From the NCBI GenBank assembly GCA_013239625.1, contig MU053934.1:217241-281240 (forward strand): 64,000 bases of DNA, in the 5' to 3' direction. The translations under genes were made by a program, and so were the position numbers. The DNA comes from Lama guanicoe (Eukaryota). The notes under the pieces were generated by a model. The model had not been told where the DNA came from and ran no database searches. It saw only the letters and a list, made by a program, of their open reading frames with translations. Below are positions 12,951-25,812 of the stretch, in pieces. How positions within the stretch are numbered: position 1 is the stretch's first letter; the number at the start of each line of letters is the position of its first letter.

Positions 12951-13065
12951 TGCAGTCAGGCAGACCTGGGTCTGGATCTGGCCTCTGACACTTCCTGGCT
13001 GTGTGATGTTGGGACAGTCGCTTCACTTCTCTGTTCTCATCTGTGAAATAGGGGCGACAATACAA
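12951..13065 (+). mobile_element. MIR
   Basis: cagacctgggt...ggctgtgtgatgttgggac...ctcatctgtgaaatagggg. Confidence 0.75.
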
Positions 13066-14289
13066 CTCTTTTCTCCAGAGGCAAGTTTCCCTTGGGGGTA
13101 ATTCTACCACGTACAGAAGTCTGTGGACCTTTTCCTCAAACACAGGCTTTTCACTTTAATTATAGCAAGTTTTGGAGTGTACCTGTTGGTGACAATTCCA
13201 AAAAAGGGAGGAAATGGGAGAGTAAGGTGGTAAAATAAACCAGTAGAAGGTTCTGGAACAGCCATGCTCCACACTCCAGAGCCATCTGGACTATCCCACC
13301 TGTGTGCTGGAAGGAGCCGCGAAGGCCAGAGAGAGGGGTGGGGAGATGATGCAGACATCTCTGTAGGGAATACTGAATGGCTGATGAAGTCCACTTCGTT
13401 CCATCACCTACGTCACTGCTGGAACACAGAATTAGGCATGTGCCCTCACTGTCCTAGAATCATATGAACATTTGGAGAGAGGATCAGACATGGGTGGGGG
13501 GTGACTCTTAGTGTCCAAATCCAGCATAGCAAAGCACCAATAAACAGCTTACTGAAATGCAGGGAGTGGGGGGTGATGTCCTGTAAAATTCATACTGAAT
13601 GAGGAGTGGTAAAAAGGAATTAATTATTACTAATTAATAACGTACAAGAGATCGCTGACGTTCTCAGCTGGGGGCTGTCTTTGCCACTGAGTTATGGAAC
13701 AAAACCCAAACTCCAGATCATCCTATCACAGTCCGGGCAGCTCTGGCCTAACCCCCAGTGTCAAGCTTCCCCTGCCCCTCCCGCTGTGGTCAGTTCATGA
13801 ACAAGGCAAATGAGTGCCAACATCGGGGCTCGTTTCCAGGCTCAGCCCATGGCCAGTTTCAATGCACCCTTCAGGTCTCAGCTGAAACATCACCTCCGCA
13901 GAGCGGTCTGTCCCTACGATCCCCACCAGTCCTGGTTAACGACTTCAGGGAGTAACCACAACCTGTAACTCCCTCCTTCACGGGCGGGGCGTGAAGATTT
14001 CAACGGATCTCATGCAATTTTGCCCTTCTTTCAATGTCTAGATAGGAAATTACATCTGCCTACAATTAAGGTGGGTGAAAGTAACCAATGTTTACTGAGC
14101 ACTAGTTCTAGATCAGTGGGTTTTGTGTAATGTTTACAACAGCTTGTTCGATCCTCACAACCACCGAGTCATGGTATCCTCTTTTTTCCATTTTCCCGGA
14201 GCGGAAAGCCAAGTGGCACAGGGAAGATCCTGACCCCAGTCTGCTGCATTCCCCCAAACACGCACTTTCTGCTAATCTGCAAGCTTTCC

Positions 14290-14610
14290 CTAGGAACCTT
14301 CTTCTTAAAGGGCCCGATCGTATATATTTTTCGGCCTGGTGATCCAAAAAATCTCTGCTGCACCTACTCAACGTCTGCCATTTTAGCTCCAAAGCAGCCA
14401 CAGACAAAACAAAAATGGATGGTGTGTCTGTGTGTCAATCAGTCTTCATTGCTGGACACTGAAATTTGAATTTCATGACAATTTCCAGTGTCACAAAGCA
14501 TACTTATGTTTGGATTTTTTCTCAATTATGAAAGAAATGTAAAAACGCTCCCTCGCTCGAGACAGACAAAAGCAGATCGTGGCTAAACCTGGCAGGACCC
14601 AACCCCTGCC
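14290..14610 (+). mobile_element. MER58B-like hAT-Charlie element
   Basis: aaagggcccgat...ctactcaac..ctgccat...aaagcagccacagacaa...gacactgaaatttgaatttcat...acccctg. Confidence 0.75.
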
Positions 14611-15369
14611 GGAAACTGGTAAACCTTCACAAGGAAGATATTACATCGACTTTGAATAAGATTAAGATTTAAATGTTCCCTCGGTATATCTGCCTGCTTC
14701 TCCAACTTGATGATGGGGATGGGTTTCGTTTTTTTTTTTAAGACAAGAGCCATGTTTTCTACTTTTCTTGTTGCCTCCCTTGGGCACAGCTGAAGATGAG
14801 CCAGTCTGTACCGCGCTGGGCACACGGTCTGTGCTGAAACAGGGGGGTCCGAGGAGCAAAGAGGCGACGTGGGCTCAGAGATGGGAGGCTGCTCTCGGAT
14901 AATTGTCTGAGCAGAGACTCCCTGACTCATAGCAGGTCCCACAGGGCTCTGCTAACCGATTTCAGCATCGCTGGTGCCATTCTGATTCAAATACAGCTGC
15001 CCTGCTGTGCGGAAATGTCAAATATGCTCTAAAAGGAGATTGGGCAATTGAGGGCTCAGGGGGACAAGGCGGGGGAGGGGGAGGACGGATGTTCCAGCAT
15101 AAAGGTGGTTGCCAGGAACAGCTCTCAAGGAGACGGACTAGGAGGCTGGAGTCTCTCTTTCTCTCTATGATGTCACTCACTTTTTTTTTTTCTTTTGCAG
15201 AGCTCTGTCAGTCCCAGGGAAAGTACAGGATCATAACCCTGGCAACAACAGAGGTGCAAATCAACCACTGGAGGGGCATCCCTGCAGCCCCTCTTCCCTG
15301 TGGCCCCAGGGCTTTCTCCATCTGGGAATTTATGCATCATGATCTCTTGCAATTGCTCTTAAGGTTGTT

Positions 15370-15660
15370 TTTTAAGGTTTGTTTTATTTAACTTTACTAA
15401 GGAATTATTGATATGTAAGATTGTATATAAAGTATGCAACGTGATGATTTGATATACACATACACTGCAGAACTATTATCAAGATCAAGGTAATTAATAC
15501 ATCCACCACCTTACGTAGTTAAACCAGGTAACTTCCTGAAGGCGTTTAAATCAATATCTTGAAGAGACATCTGCACACCCACGTTCACTGCAGCATTATT
15601 CTCAACCTACATGCCTTTTGAGGTTGAATGGATAAAGAAAATGTGATATGTATACACATT
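15370..15660. mobile_element. L1MA-type fragments in opposite orientations (3' terminus minus, 15370-15521; ORF2-end piece plus, 15525-15660)
   Basis: caacgtgatgatttgatatac...aattaatacatccaccacct on the minus strand abuts agagacatctgcacacccacgttcactgcagcattatt...gaatggataaagaaaatgtg on the plus strand. Confidence 0.7.
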
Positions 15661-16594
15661 TTACATATTATGTAAGATTTTGAAAAATCGTGTAAACCTC
15701 TCCAAAAAATGTAGGGAGAACTGAATGAGATAAAGCAGAAAAAGCACTTAGCACAGGGCTTGGCACAAAGTAAATGCTCAGTGTCAGTTGGTGATAGGAA
15801 CACAACACTGGGCCCTCGATTCAAGGATGGTTATAAAATGGTCCACATGGGCTAAGAAAGTAGGTCCGGTGTTTTGGGGAAGGGGCTGGACAAATCCCCT
15901 GCAGCGGATTTTAGCAACCGCCCTGTCACTCTCCAGCACTGCAGCTCTGAGAAGACACTGGCAGGCAGGCGTCAGCACTGCGCCCTGTGGTTTACCAGCT
16001 CCGCTAACTTCTGCCGTCAATTAGCCTCTCTGTGCCTCTTTGGCTCCTCTGAAATGGGGATTACGTGAGCTAATGCACATGAATGCGCGAGTCAAATTGA
16101 AGAGATGGGTACTGTGAACTTGAGAGACCTCCAGGAAATCAGATGCCTCTTCTCACCATAAATACGTCTTCAGGGAAACCGTGCACTGAATGAACATTTG
16201 ATTATTTTCTTTACGGCAGTTAGATTGAGGATCGCGCCCTCCCTTCTCTCCCTTCCACTGCAAACGCAACAGCACAGGCATCTGAGTGGCTGGGTCACGG
16301 CTCCTGTTAGCTCTGACCATGCCAAGACTTGAGTGAGTGACACAGAAACCATGGGTCAGCAGAGTCGGGGCAGAAACATTGTCAGGAAACTCTTACCCCT
16401 TGTGTCCACTAATGGGTCAGGTCAGTTCACTTAGTCCCAGCGCTGAAATGCCAGAGCCAGGTAGAGTTACCCAGAGCAAGGGAAGGGCTCTGCTTCACTT
16501 GGCTACTGGTCTGTCATTCACAGCTTCAAAGCCCTGGCTGGACCTCTTAGCCAGAGACCATTTGCCTACGTCGCAAAAGGCTAAAACTAGGTTC

Positions 16595-16961
16595 TGTGTC
16601 AGGCGGTTTGTGCTGCTAGAGCAAAATCTCATGGACTATGTAGTTTATGCAACAGAAATTAACTGTCAGAGTTCTGGAAGCTGGAAGTCCAAGATCCAGG
16701 TACTCGTACAGTTGCTTTCCAGTGATGAGTTCTCTGCCCAGCGAGCAGAGGGTTACTTTTTCACTATGATCACGTGGTGGAGGAGAGAGCAAGCTCTCTG
16801 ATGTCTCCTCTTCCAAGGGCACTAATCCCACCCTGGGGGCCACCCTCCTGACTTCATCTAAACCTCATCACCTCTCAAAGGCCCCGTTTCCAAATACCAT
16901 CACATTGCAGGGGTCAGGCTTCAACATCTAAATCTGGAGGGGCACAATTCAGTCCATAGCA
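16595..16961 (-). mobile_element. MLT1A-like LTR
   Basis: gttctggaagctggaagtccaagatc...aagggcactaatccca...ccaaataccatcacattg...cacaattcagtccatagca. Confidence 0.85.
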
Positions 16962-17577
16962 GGTTTCCATTAAGTCACTACTCCGCAAAATACTGGTTTT
17001 TATGCAACATACAGATTGTGTTCCCAGCACAGTAAACAAATAAGCTAAATACATACACACACATGCACACTGTTTTAATTTTAAAACAGTTTACTTTTAA
17101 ATATTAGTTCTATTTTTACCTATCTGACCTCTGACACATTTGGCGTTTTCTAAAACATAAACATTTAACATTTCTATATATATATATAGAAGTACCATTT
17201 CTTAGAATTCACTGCATCAGCAGAATGTAAAGGATGTTTGTGGGTGGTGTTGCTTATAACTGGGGGGTGGTGGAGAATCTCGGAACAACTAAAAGACCAA
17301 TTAAGAGGAAATGAAATTATGGTCCATTCATCAAGTGGAAAAGAAAACTATGCAGTTCTTAAAAAGAAAAAAGAAAATACTATATGTATCAATGTAAAAG
17401 ATACCCAACATCTTATCCTTAAGTAAGCAGGGCATAAAATAATTAAAAAGGAGATGCATATACAGAGAGAAACAGGTCATTACACACATGGAAAGACAGG
17501 AGTATACTGCAAACTTGTAACAGTGTTTAACTCTGGGGAACGTGATGGAGAAAGGGATTTTATATATTTGTGTATTT

Positions 17578-17985
17578 CAGTGGTATATTTTGGTGGTATG
17601 ACGATTAAGTTTTAACAGGATCTCTAGACAGAAAAGCCCTGATGTATACGTAGCGTTTGCCCATTTCCATGGTGTAAATACTCCCACCATGGCAGATTTC
17701 AAGCTACCAACATAGTGACTGCCAGAACTGGGAAACCACCTGCAGTAGCATGTCATCACACAGTGCTTCCTGCCCACAGCCACCACAGCAGATGGAAATA
17801 AACTTAAGAGCAGAGACAACAGCAAAATGATTAGGAGGTCATGAGCTTTGAGTATTACCTTTGCTTTCAAACTATTTAATGGTAAGTTTAGATAATTTGA
17901 TTTTTAATACTGGCTGTGTTTAACAACCAGAGCTCTCCCATTTTTTGAAAGTTCAACAATAGGTTCTCACAATCCCAGGCTATCG
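17578..17985. mobile_element. MER63-like hAT DNA transposon
   Basis: gtagcgtttgcccatttccatggtgtaaatactcccaccatggcagatttcaagctacc...ggctgtgtttaacaacc. Confidence 0.75.
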
Positions 17986-18136
17986 CTGCATTTCTACACT
18001 ATTTGTCCTTTACAACAAATGTGGATAAGGGCTGCTGTCAATAGCTTTTTTCATATGTAATTTTTAAAAGATGTCCTATCTTTTGCAGTCATCTAACAAT
18101 GTTAGAACACCTGGCAAAGTCTATAATGGAGTTTTT

Positions 18137-18278
18137 TGTTTTTGTTTTGTTTTGTCTTTTTTTTTTGGTGGTGGTGGGGCGATGGAAGTAATTACGTTTA
18201 TTTTTATTGGAGGTACTGGGGATTGAACCCAGGACCTTGTGTTGACCTATACCCTTGACCTATACCTTCCCCTCCCCC
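18137..18278 (-). mobile_element. tRNA-derived SINE (camelid Vic-1-like)
   Basis: T-rich tail then ggaggtactggggattgaacccaggacctt...ctataccttcccc. TSD ataatgga(g/a)ttttt at 18123-18136 and 18279-18292. Confidence 0.88.
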
Positions 18279-18767
18279 ATAATGGAATTTTTAAAGCAAC
18301 TGGACCACTCTTTCTGAAGGGTCTACTGTGTGCCAACTTCTGCAAAAAGAGCTACAGTTTAACTGCAGGCACTTAATACACTTCTGTAAGGACTTTTTAT
18401 GCATATACATTAAATGTGTACCTTACGATACCTCCACTTGTCCCCTGAAACACTCCGATCTAGGTATCAAGCCTTGGGGTTTTTGAAACTGCTCACCAGC
18501 CTCTCAACATGAAGACAAAGTGAGCCCCATGGATGAAGGAGGGTGCCTGTCACAGGCCTCGGGGAGAAGAGGTTTCTGGCTGCAGGTACAATGAGGAATG
18601 GCTGGGAGGGGCAGTGGTAGCACGTCATTAACAAAGTGGCAGCAGCACTGATGGCACGTGTGCTCACGTGTTACAAAGATGCTGCTGCCGACTATTTTGT
18701 TCCACTTTACAGTATCTGTACCTTTCCTCTTCTCAGCAAAATTGTGACATTTCAGGAAAGTCATTTA

Positions 18768-19103
18768 TGCCAGACTGGATGACTGTGTACCTGCAAAATT
18801 CCTATGTGGAGCCCCCAGTGTAATGGCATTGGGGGTGGGGCCTTTAGGAGGTACTTGGGTCATTCGGATGGAGCCCTCCTGAACGGGATCAGTGCCCTTA
18901 TCAAAGAGACCCCACAGAGCTCCCCAGCCCCTTCCACCATGGGAGGACACAGCAAGAAAACTGCCATCCACGAGCCAGAAATGAGCTCTCACCAGACCTC
19001 GACCTTGGACTTCAGTCCTTGGAAGTGTGAGGAATGCATTTCCGCAGTTTACAAGCCCCCAGCCTATCGCATTCTGCCAGGGCAGCCTGGAAGGGCCACG
19101 ACA
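18768..19103 (+). mobile_element. MLT1A-like LTR
   Basis: ggtggggcctttaggaggta...gggatcagtgcccttat...gaggacacagcaagaa...ttggacttc. Confidence 0.85.
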
Positions 19104-20936
19104 GCATCCTGACTCTCAGTTCACAGGAGAGGACGCCGGGGCTTGGACAGGTGGCTTGACCGCCTGAAGTGCAGGATGCACAGCCATCAGGGACAAACCC
19201 AGGGGGAGCGGCCAGTGTTCAGTTTTCCAGTCTGACAGATGCGGCCGCTCTAGTCCACCTGGACGGCTGCGGGGCAGGCCCAGCTCGGTGGGAAAGTTTT
19301 GCTTTTGCTTTCAGTTTCTTTTTGTTTCACTTTTCACCTGTCCAGCATGCAGAGGCCTTGTGATTTACTTAGCAAAGAGGGAGGACAATCGTGAGACTGC
19401 TGTCGGAACCACCCAGGAAACAGAACTGCTTATATGAAACACAGTTCACGTGAAAAGGTCTCAGAGGGAGGGGAGAAGCTGGGGGCAGTCTCCTTGCGCT
19501 TAGGGTCGGATTCTGGGAGCCTTAAATGAAATACACGTTCTCTCCCGTGAGACCGGGTCGGGGAAGAGGAAGCGAGGACGGGGGGCTCTTCTAGAACAGT
19601 GGCTTTGGCTCCGGAGGGCGGTGACCTTGCCATCTTTTCAGGATGCAGCTGGGAAAACTCCTGAGCAGCAGAGTTTAACTAGAGGCCGCCCACCAAGTCC
19701 AATGAGCAGGGGGAAACTCGCACTTGGCTGCCTCTTGAGGGTCCATCAGGCGACCCAGTGCCGCTGAGGGCAGTGCGGTGGGAGAGGTGCCCTGGGCCTG
19801 CTGATGGAGCTTTTGCATCGTGTTTGAACAGTGTGCGCCTCTTGGCTCAGGGACAAGACATGAATGGAGACAGTAACAAGGGGAGAGGATGCTAGGTGAG
19901 GGTGGTTTCTCCCTGAGGCCAGGAGTGCAGCCGTGCATTGTTTAACCCCCCGCTGCGGCTGGATAAAGCTGAACTGCCTCTCTGGCACCCAGACCTCAGG
20001 CCTGTCCAGCTCCCAGCCTCACTGCTTACCCGGCACGCACCTCCGCTCCATCTCTACGGCTGTGCTAGGAGTCTTAGCCACCATTTCCTGAGGGTTTCCT
20101 GGTTTCCAGGTGTTTCCATTTACTTAATCTTTCCAGAAATCCTGTGAGTCTGTATTGGCACATCTATGTTACAGATGAGGAAAGTCAGGTCAAAAAACCC
20201 CAAAAGAATAAACAAACAGAAGACCTAAAACAAAGATGAAGCGATCTGTCCAAGGCCACCCACTCTACTAGTCAGGATGGAGGCAGAGTTTAGGCACTTC
20301 AGCACGCCCTGTATCCCAGGCCTAGACTCCACACGTGATTAAACTAAATGGACAAACTATCTGTTGTCTCTTGACCCTGCCAAGTATTTCCACACCTCCT
20401 GCTTTGTTGTCTTGAACATCCAACCCACCCTCCCCACCTGCAGCCCTCCTGGCTCTGACACCCTTCTCAGTGGTTCCAAGCAGGCCTCCACCCTAGCTCT
20501 CCTTTTGCAGACGTGCCCCTCCATCACAGCAGCTGGCCTCATTGCACATAATTGTCCTTAATCTCTGATCTTTGAGTCTACAGTGGACCCCCTGCAGGGG
20601 GCCGGGGCTGATGGTGGTGCCAGCAGAGACTGCATCTTATTTTTAATTTCTACTCATGGGGCAGGGCCCCATGGCAGGTGGCTGGTACCTGCTGAGGGCT
20701 TGGCCTGCTGAGTAGGCAACACTGTAAGACTTAGGAATACAGAATGTTTCCCACGAGCAGCTTCCCCCAGCTCTCTGCCACGCCCAGAAAGGCAGTGGTG
20801 CAGAAAGCTGGAACTCTCGTATTCATTCAACAATTATTTATTGAGAGCTTTGCAGGTTTATGGGGACTTAGGAGTAAACAAAACAAGATCCTTGCCCTCA
20901 AGGAGACTGGTCTTGGTGGGGAAAGACAGAGAGGGG

Positions 20937-21540
20937 TGTTTCCTCTTGCTACCACAACAAACTACCTTCGTAGCTCAAAACATATCAATTTATTATTTCA
21001 CAGTTGTATAGGTCAGAAATCTAGGGGCCGGGCTGGGTTCTCTGCTTAGACTCTCACAAGGTCAAAATCAAGGTGTCAGCCAGCCTGGGTATTATCTGGA
21101 GGCTCTGGGTGAGAATCCAGTGCAAGCTCATCCGGTTGTTGGCAGAATTCAGTTCCTCGCGGCTGTAGGACTGAGCTCCCCACTTTCTTGCTGACTGTCA
21201 GCTGGGAGGCTTTACTGGCTCCTAAAGGCCACCTGCATTCCTCGTCACTCTGTCTTCTCCGTCTCCACACTAGTAACAGCACAGGGAGTCTTCCTCATGC
21301 TTCCAACTGACTTCCTTTCTGCCACAACCTGTTCTGCTTTCAGGTAGAGGAAAGTCTCTGCCTTTACGGAGTCCTGTGATTAGACTGGGCCCATCGGATA
21401 ATCCAGGATAATCTCCCTATTTTAGGGTCCATAATTACAGCTGCAAAGTTTCTTTTGCCACATAACATAACATAATCTCAGGTTCCAGGGATTAAGGCCT
21501 GGACATCTTGGGCAGGAAGGGTGGGCATTCTGCCTACCAA
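20937..21540 (-). mobile_element. MLT1E-like LTR inserted in an L2 (L2 pieces about 20815-20930 and 21600-21870, minus strand)
   Basis: gttgttggcagaattcagttcctcgcggctgtaggactgag...ggataatccaggataatctcc...ggcattctgcctacca. Confidence 0.82.
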
Positions 21541-22417
21541 ATAGGCAGCAGGGGAATCAACAACATTTTATTTAATTTTTACATTTGATATTTTTATTTG
21601 ATTCATATGTTTTATGATGTTGATGGGAAGTGCCATGAAGAATAATAAATCAGAGGAGGGGGACTGAGGGTGCTACTTTGGATCAGACGGTCAGGGAAGC
21701 CCACTGTGAGGAGATGACACCTGAGCAGACTGGAGGAAGTAACAGGATTCGGAGTTGGAGCAGCTGGCAGAGGGCTGAAGCCTGGGGTGGGAATGCATTT
21801 GGGAATGTAACGGTCAGGAGGCGAGCACGGCTGAACAGGGGTGCCCAGGGAAGAGTAGGAGCCACGAGGGACTATGTGTCTGGAGAGTTTAGCCAAGACC
21901 AGCCCAGGAGGACTCTTTTCCCAGGATGCTGTGCTTTGCCTGGATGCACTCTGGGCTACAAGTGGCCTTTACAAACCCTAGAGCTGAGGCAGGGGAACAG
22001 GACCAGATGCAAGGCCCTAAAGCATGTTAATTGAGTCAGAGAGTTCACAGGGCGTGCAGGGAAGAATCTGATGGCGTTCTGACTCTGAACACTTGGAGAA
22101 TCCAATATATGCGTACAGAGCGTCGGTGAGCGGTTAATCACCTGCGGCTTGGCGAAGGCCCGTTTGATGTCTCTGAGCAGGGGGTCGGGGGCATGACCAT
22201 GTGAGAGGAACGCACACATCCAGGTCCACTCCTGCTCAGGGATCTCTGCACTTTCTCCCCTCTGCCTAGGATCCAACTGTTTTGGATCTCAGCCTGGCTG
22301 CCAACTCCCCTTCCATCAGCACTCAAGTGTTATTCTCTCGGAAAACCCTTCTGTAAAAAATGGCTCTTTCTAGAAGACTCCGATTCCCTGCCATGCTTCC
22401 CAGCCATCACATTTTGT

Positions 22418-22620
22418 CAGGGTTTCCCAGACTCAGAACTACTGACGTTTTGGGCTGGGAAGTTCTTCACTGTAGGAGACTCTCCTGCTCATTGCAGGAT
22501 GGGTGGCAGCCTCCCTGGCTGCTACTCACTAAATGCCAGTAGCATCTCCCTGGTTATGATAACTAAAAATGTCTCCGGACACTGCCAGCGACCCCCGGGG
22601 CACCAAATCTGCCACCGCTG
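22418..22620 (+). mobile_element. MER20 hAT-Charlie element
   Basis: actactgacgttttgggctgg...cattgcaggatg...cactaaatgccagtagca...aaaaatgtctccggacactgcca. Confidence 0.85.
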
Positions 22621-22654
22621 TTCTATTTTACTGTCTTCAAAACACCATCTTCCA

Positions 22655-22920
22655 AAATCATTCATTTCATTCAACAACAAATACTTACTCATTGCCTAAC
22701 ATACGCCAGGCATGATTCTAGGTACAGGAGACAAAGCGGGAAAACTGACTGACAGAATTATAACCCCTGAGGAATTTATCCTCATGGAAAGAAACAGAAA
22801 ATTAAGAAGAAAATGGGCAAACTGATCTTAGGTCAGATGGCGATGATCTTAAGGTCGGATGGAGAAGAATGAGGCAGGGAAGGGGGCAGAGCGAGGCTGT
22901 ACCTTGGAGACTGAGAGGCT
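22655..22920 (-). mobile_element. L2 3' end
   Basis: tcattcatttcattcaacaacaaatacttac...gccaggcatgattctaggtacaggagaca. Confidence 0.75.
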
Positions 22921-23966
22921 CACAGGTTTAAACAGGTGAGTTCGAGGCACAGCAGGGAAGAAAGAATGGCTGGAGCTGGGTGAATGCGGAAGCCCAGGAG
23001 GAGATGGTACCACAGGACACGGGGAAGATGGCTTCTCTCCCACAACAACAAGGACCTCCCATGAACAGGGCTTCTTTTTGTCTTGGGCAGTGGCATTCCC
23101 AGGGCCTAGAAAGGTGCCTGGTGAATATGTGCCTAATGAATGGACAAGTGGATGGTGAGCTCTGGGGAGGGAGTGCTCAGCCCTGGGTGCCCTCACCGGA
23201 CAAAAGACAGAGTTACTGTCAAAAACGCCAAACAGCCCCACCTGTCCGCCCTGCCTGTGAACCTCAAACATGAAAGGAAAGAGAAAGTACTAACAGCTGA
23301 CATGTGTTGATCTAGCCATTGTCCCAAGTACTTTTCAAATCTGATCTCATTTCTTACTCAAAGCAACCCCTGTTAGAGGGAAACCCTTCTTGTCCTGATA
23401 TGGTAACTAAAGAAAACACTGCTAGTTGCCCAGAATCATGGAGCCGGGGCTCGAACCCAGGATAGTTCACCTCCAGAACATAAGTGATGCTGTCTGTTAA
23501 CAGGAAAAATGAAACAGGAGCTCCCGGGGCACAGAGGGACCAACACTGTAAGAGGCTGAACTTCCTGTAGTCTCTTTTTCTACCTTTTAACAGATGACAA
23601 CAGGCAACTGCTGTGGCATTTCCTGAGTGTGACTACACACCCACTCTTGTCCTACCACATTAAATGTACTCTCTTACCTCGCTGACCTACAGCAATCCTC
23701 CGTGAGGTAGAAACCCCAGCCATCTCCATCCCATATATGAATAAACTGGGGCTCAGAGAATCAGAGAGGTGCAGGGAACCAGAAGAGAAGACTGGGAGGC
23801 ACCGTTTGCTTTCTTTCCCTTAGATAGCTAAGGGGTCGTCAGGTGGATGAGGGAGCAGATTTATTCCATGTGAACCCACAAGGGCCAACAGAGACTCTGG
23901 TTCAGGATAGGAAGTGGAAAAGCTTTGGGTAAAATCACTGAACTTTAGAAAAAAGTTAAGTGGAGA

Positions 23967-24618
23967 TTCCTGAAAATTTGACTTACCCTATGACCTAGCA
24001 ATATTTGGAGGAAACTCTAATTCGAAAAGATACATGCACCCCAGTATCCACAACAGCACTATGTTCAAGAGGCAAGACTATGGAAGCAACCTGAATGTCC
24101 ATTGACAGATGACTGGATAAAGAAGTTGTGGTAAATACACACAGACACATACACAGAACGGAATACTACTCAGCCCTAAAAAGAATGAAATAATGCCATT
24201 TGCAGCAACATGAATGGACCTGGAGATCATCATACTAAGTGATAAAAACCAGAAAGAGAAAAATACCATATGATATCACTTATAAATGGAATCCAAAAGA
24301 GTGACACAAATGAACTTATTTATAAAACAAACAGACTCACAGACATAGAAAACAAACTTATGGTTACCAGGGGGAAAAGGAGAGAGTGGAGGGATAAATT
24401 GGGTGTCTGAGATTTGCAGACACTAACTACTATATATAAAATAGATAAACAACAGGGTCCTACTGTATAACACAGGGAACTATATCCAATATCTTGTAAT
24501 AACCTATAATGAAAAAGAATATGAAAAGGAATATATATATGTACATATAACTGAATCACTATGCCGCACACCAGAAATTAACACAACATTGTAAACTGAT
24601 CATCCTTCAATTAAAATT
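23967..24618 (+). mobile_element. 5'-truncated young L1 (ORF2 end plus 3'UTR)
   Basis: aaaagatacatgcaccc...gccatttgcagcaacatg...gagatttgcagacactaactactatatataaaatagataaacaac. 18-bp TSD aaaaaagttaag(t/c)ggaga at 23949-23966 and 24619-24636. Confidence 0.93.
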
Positions 24619-25674
24619 AAAAAAGTTAAGCGGAGAGAAGTAGCTGGACGGGAGGACAGCTGAGTAGACTTCGGGCAGACTGAATCCTCTCCGGGAGCAG
24701 GGAGCACTCTCTTAGACACTGACCCCAAACTCCAGGGGGCTCTTGGGCACGTCATGGCTTTGCATGTGAGTCAGCCTGCTGCTTTGGATTCATGACTCTC
24801 GGGGAGGACAGAACCCCTTCTCAGGACCGACCAGCACGATGAAGGGTATTCCTGCCCCTCGCATGGGGCCCCCTGGACATCCATGTTATACTTGTATATA
24901 ATTGTTACAACTAGCTGAGCCTGGGAAAAATACTACTTACAAAACAAAGCGCTTTCTTTGGGGCATGATTTAATAGACACTGAACTTGGAATACAAATCA
25001 AGAAGAGATGGTACTTCCTGCTAGAGGTGTTCACTAGTTTGGAAAACGTCTCACAGACAGCAAACACCGCTCATGGAATTTGTTCTGCCAGTCTCCCATC
25101 AGGACCGTCCTGCTTGGCAGCGGTCACACTGCAGACGGCTCTGTCCCAAACACAGGCACAGAAGCACCCACCACTTCGTTCACTGCATTATGTCTTCAAC
25201 TGCAGCCGAGAGTGAGCAATGACATGTTGTAGCCAATATATTTTCTAGTAAATTAATTTCCTTTTTTTTCCTTTATATCAGAGCAAAGGCACCTTATTGA
25301 TTTTTTTTGAAATTACATTGGTAAACAGTGTCACACAGGTAATCTTTGAATTTTATTCTAGGATTATAAGAAAGGCACTCAAAACATGTTAGCAAAAAAT
25401 GGGGCAAGGCCACTGGCTGAATGAACAGAAGGCATTTTCATTATTTTTGCGGTTGACCTTAAGTTGAGAACTCAAATGAAGTCAAAGAAAATGACACAAA
25501 GATTGGCCTCCCTAAGATAAAACTCACCATAAAGTCTGTGTTTTTAGGCTCAATAAATCTATCACAGGAGTGCTGAACGGGGAACCTTCAGCTGGACGGT
25601 CATGCAAAGAGTTTTCAGCTGAACTCAATTCAATTGGAGCTTGATGGGCAAATGAGCATGAAAGCCAGTACTAG

Positions 25675-25812
25675 GAGGCTAGCGTGCATCAGAACATGTA
25701 GGGAGCATGTTTAAAGTATGGTTACCTGGCCTCGTCTTTAAAGACTCAGATTCGGTCTCTCAGGGTTGGGGCCTGAAGCATGACATCTTCAACAGGCATT
25801 TTAAGTGATGCA
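25675..25812 (+). mobile_element. MER5-like hAT element
   Basis: gtgcatcagaac...gactcagattc...gggttggggcctga...aacaggc. Confidence 0.55.
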
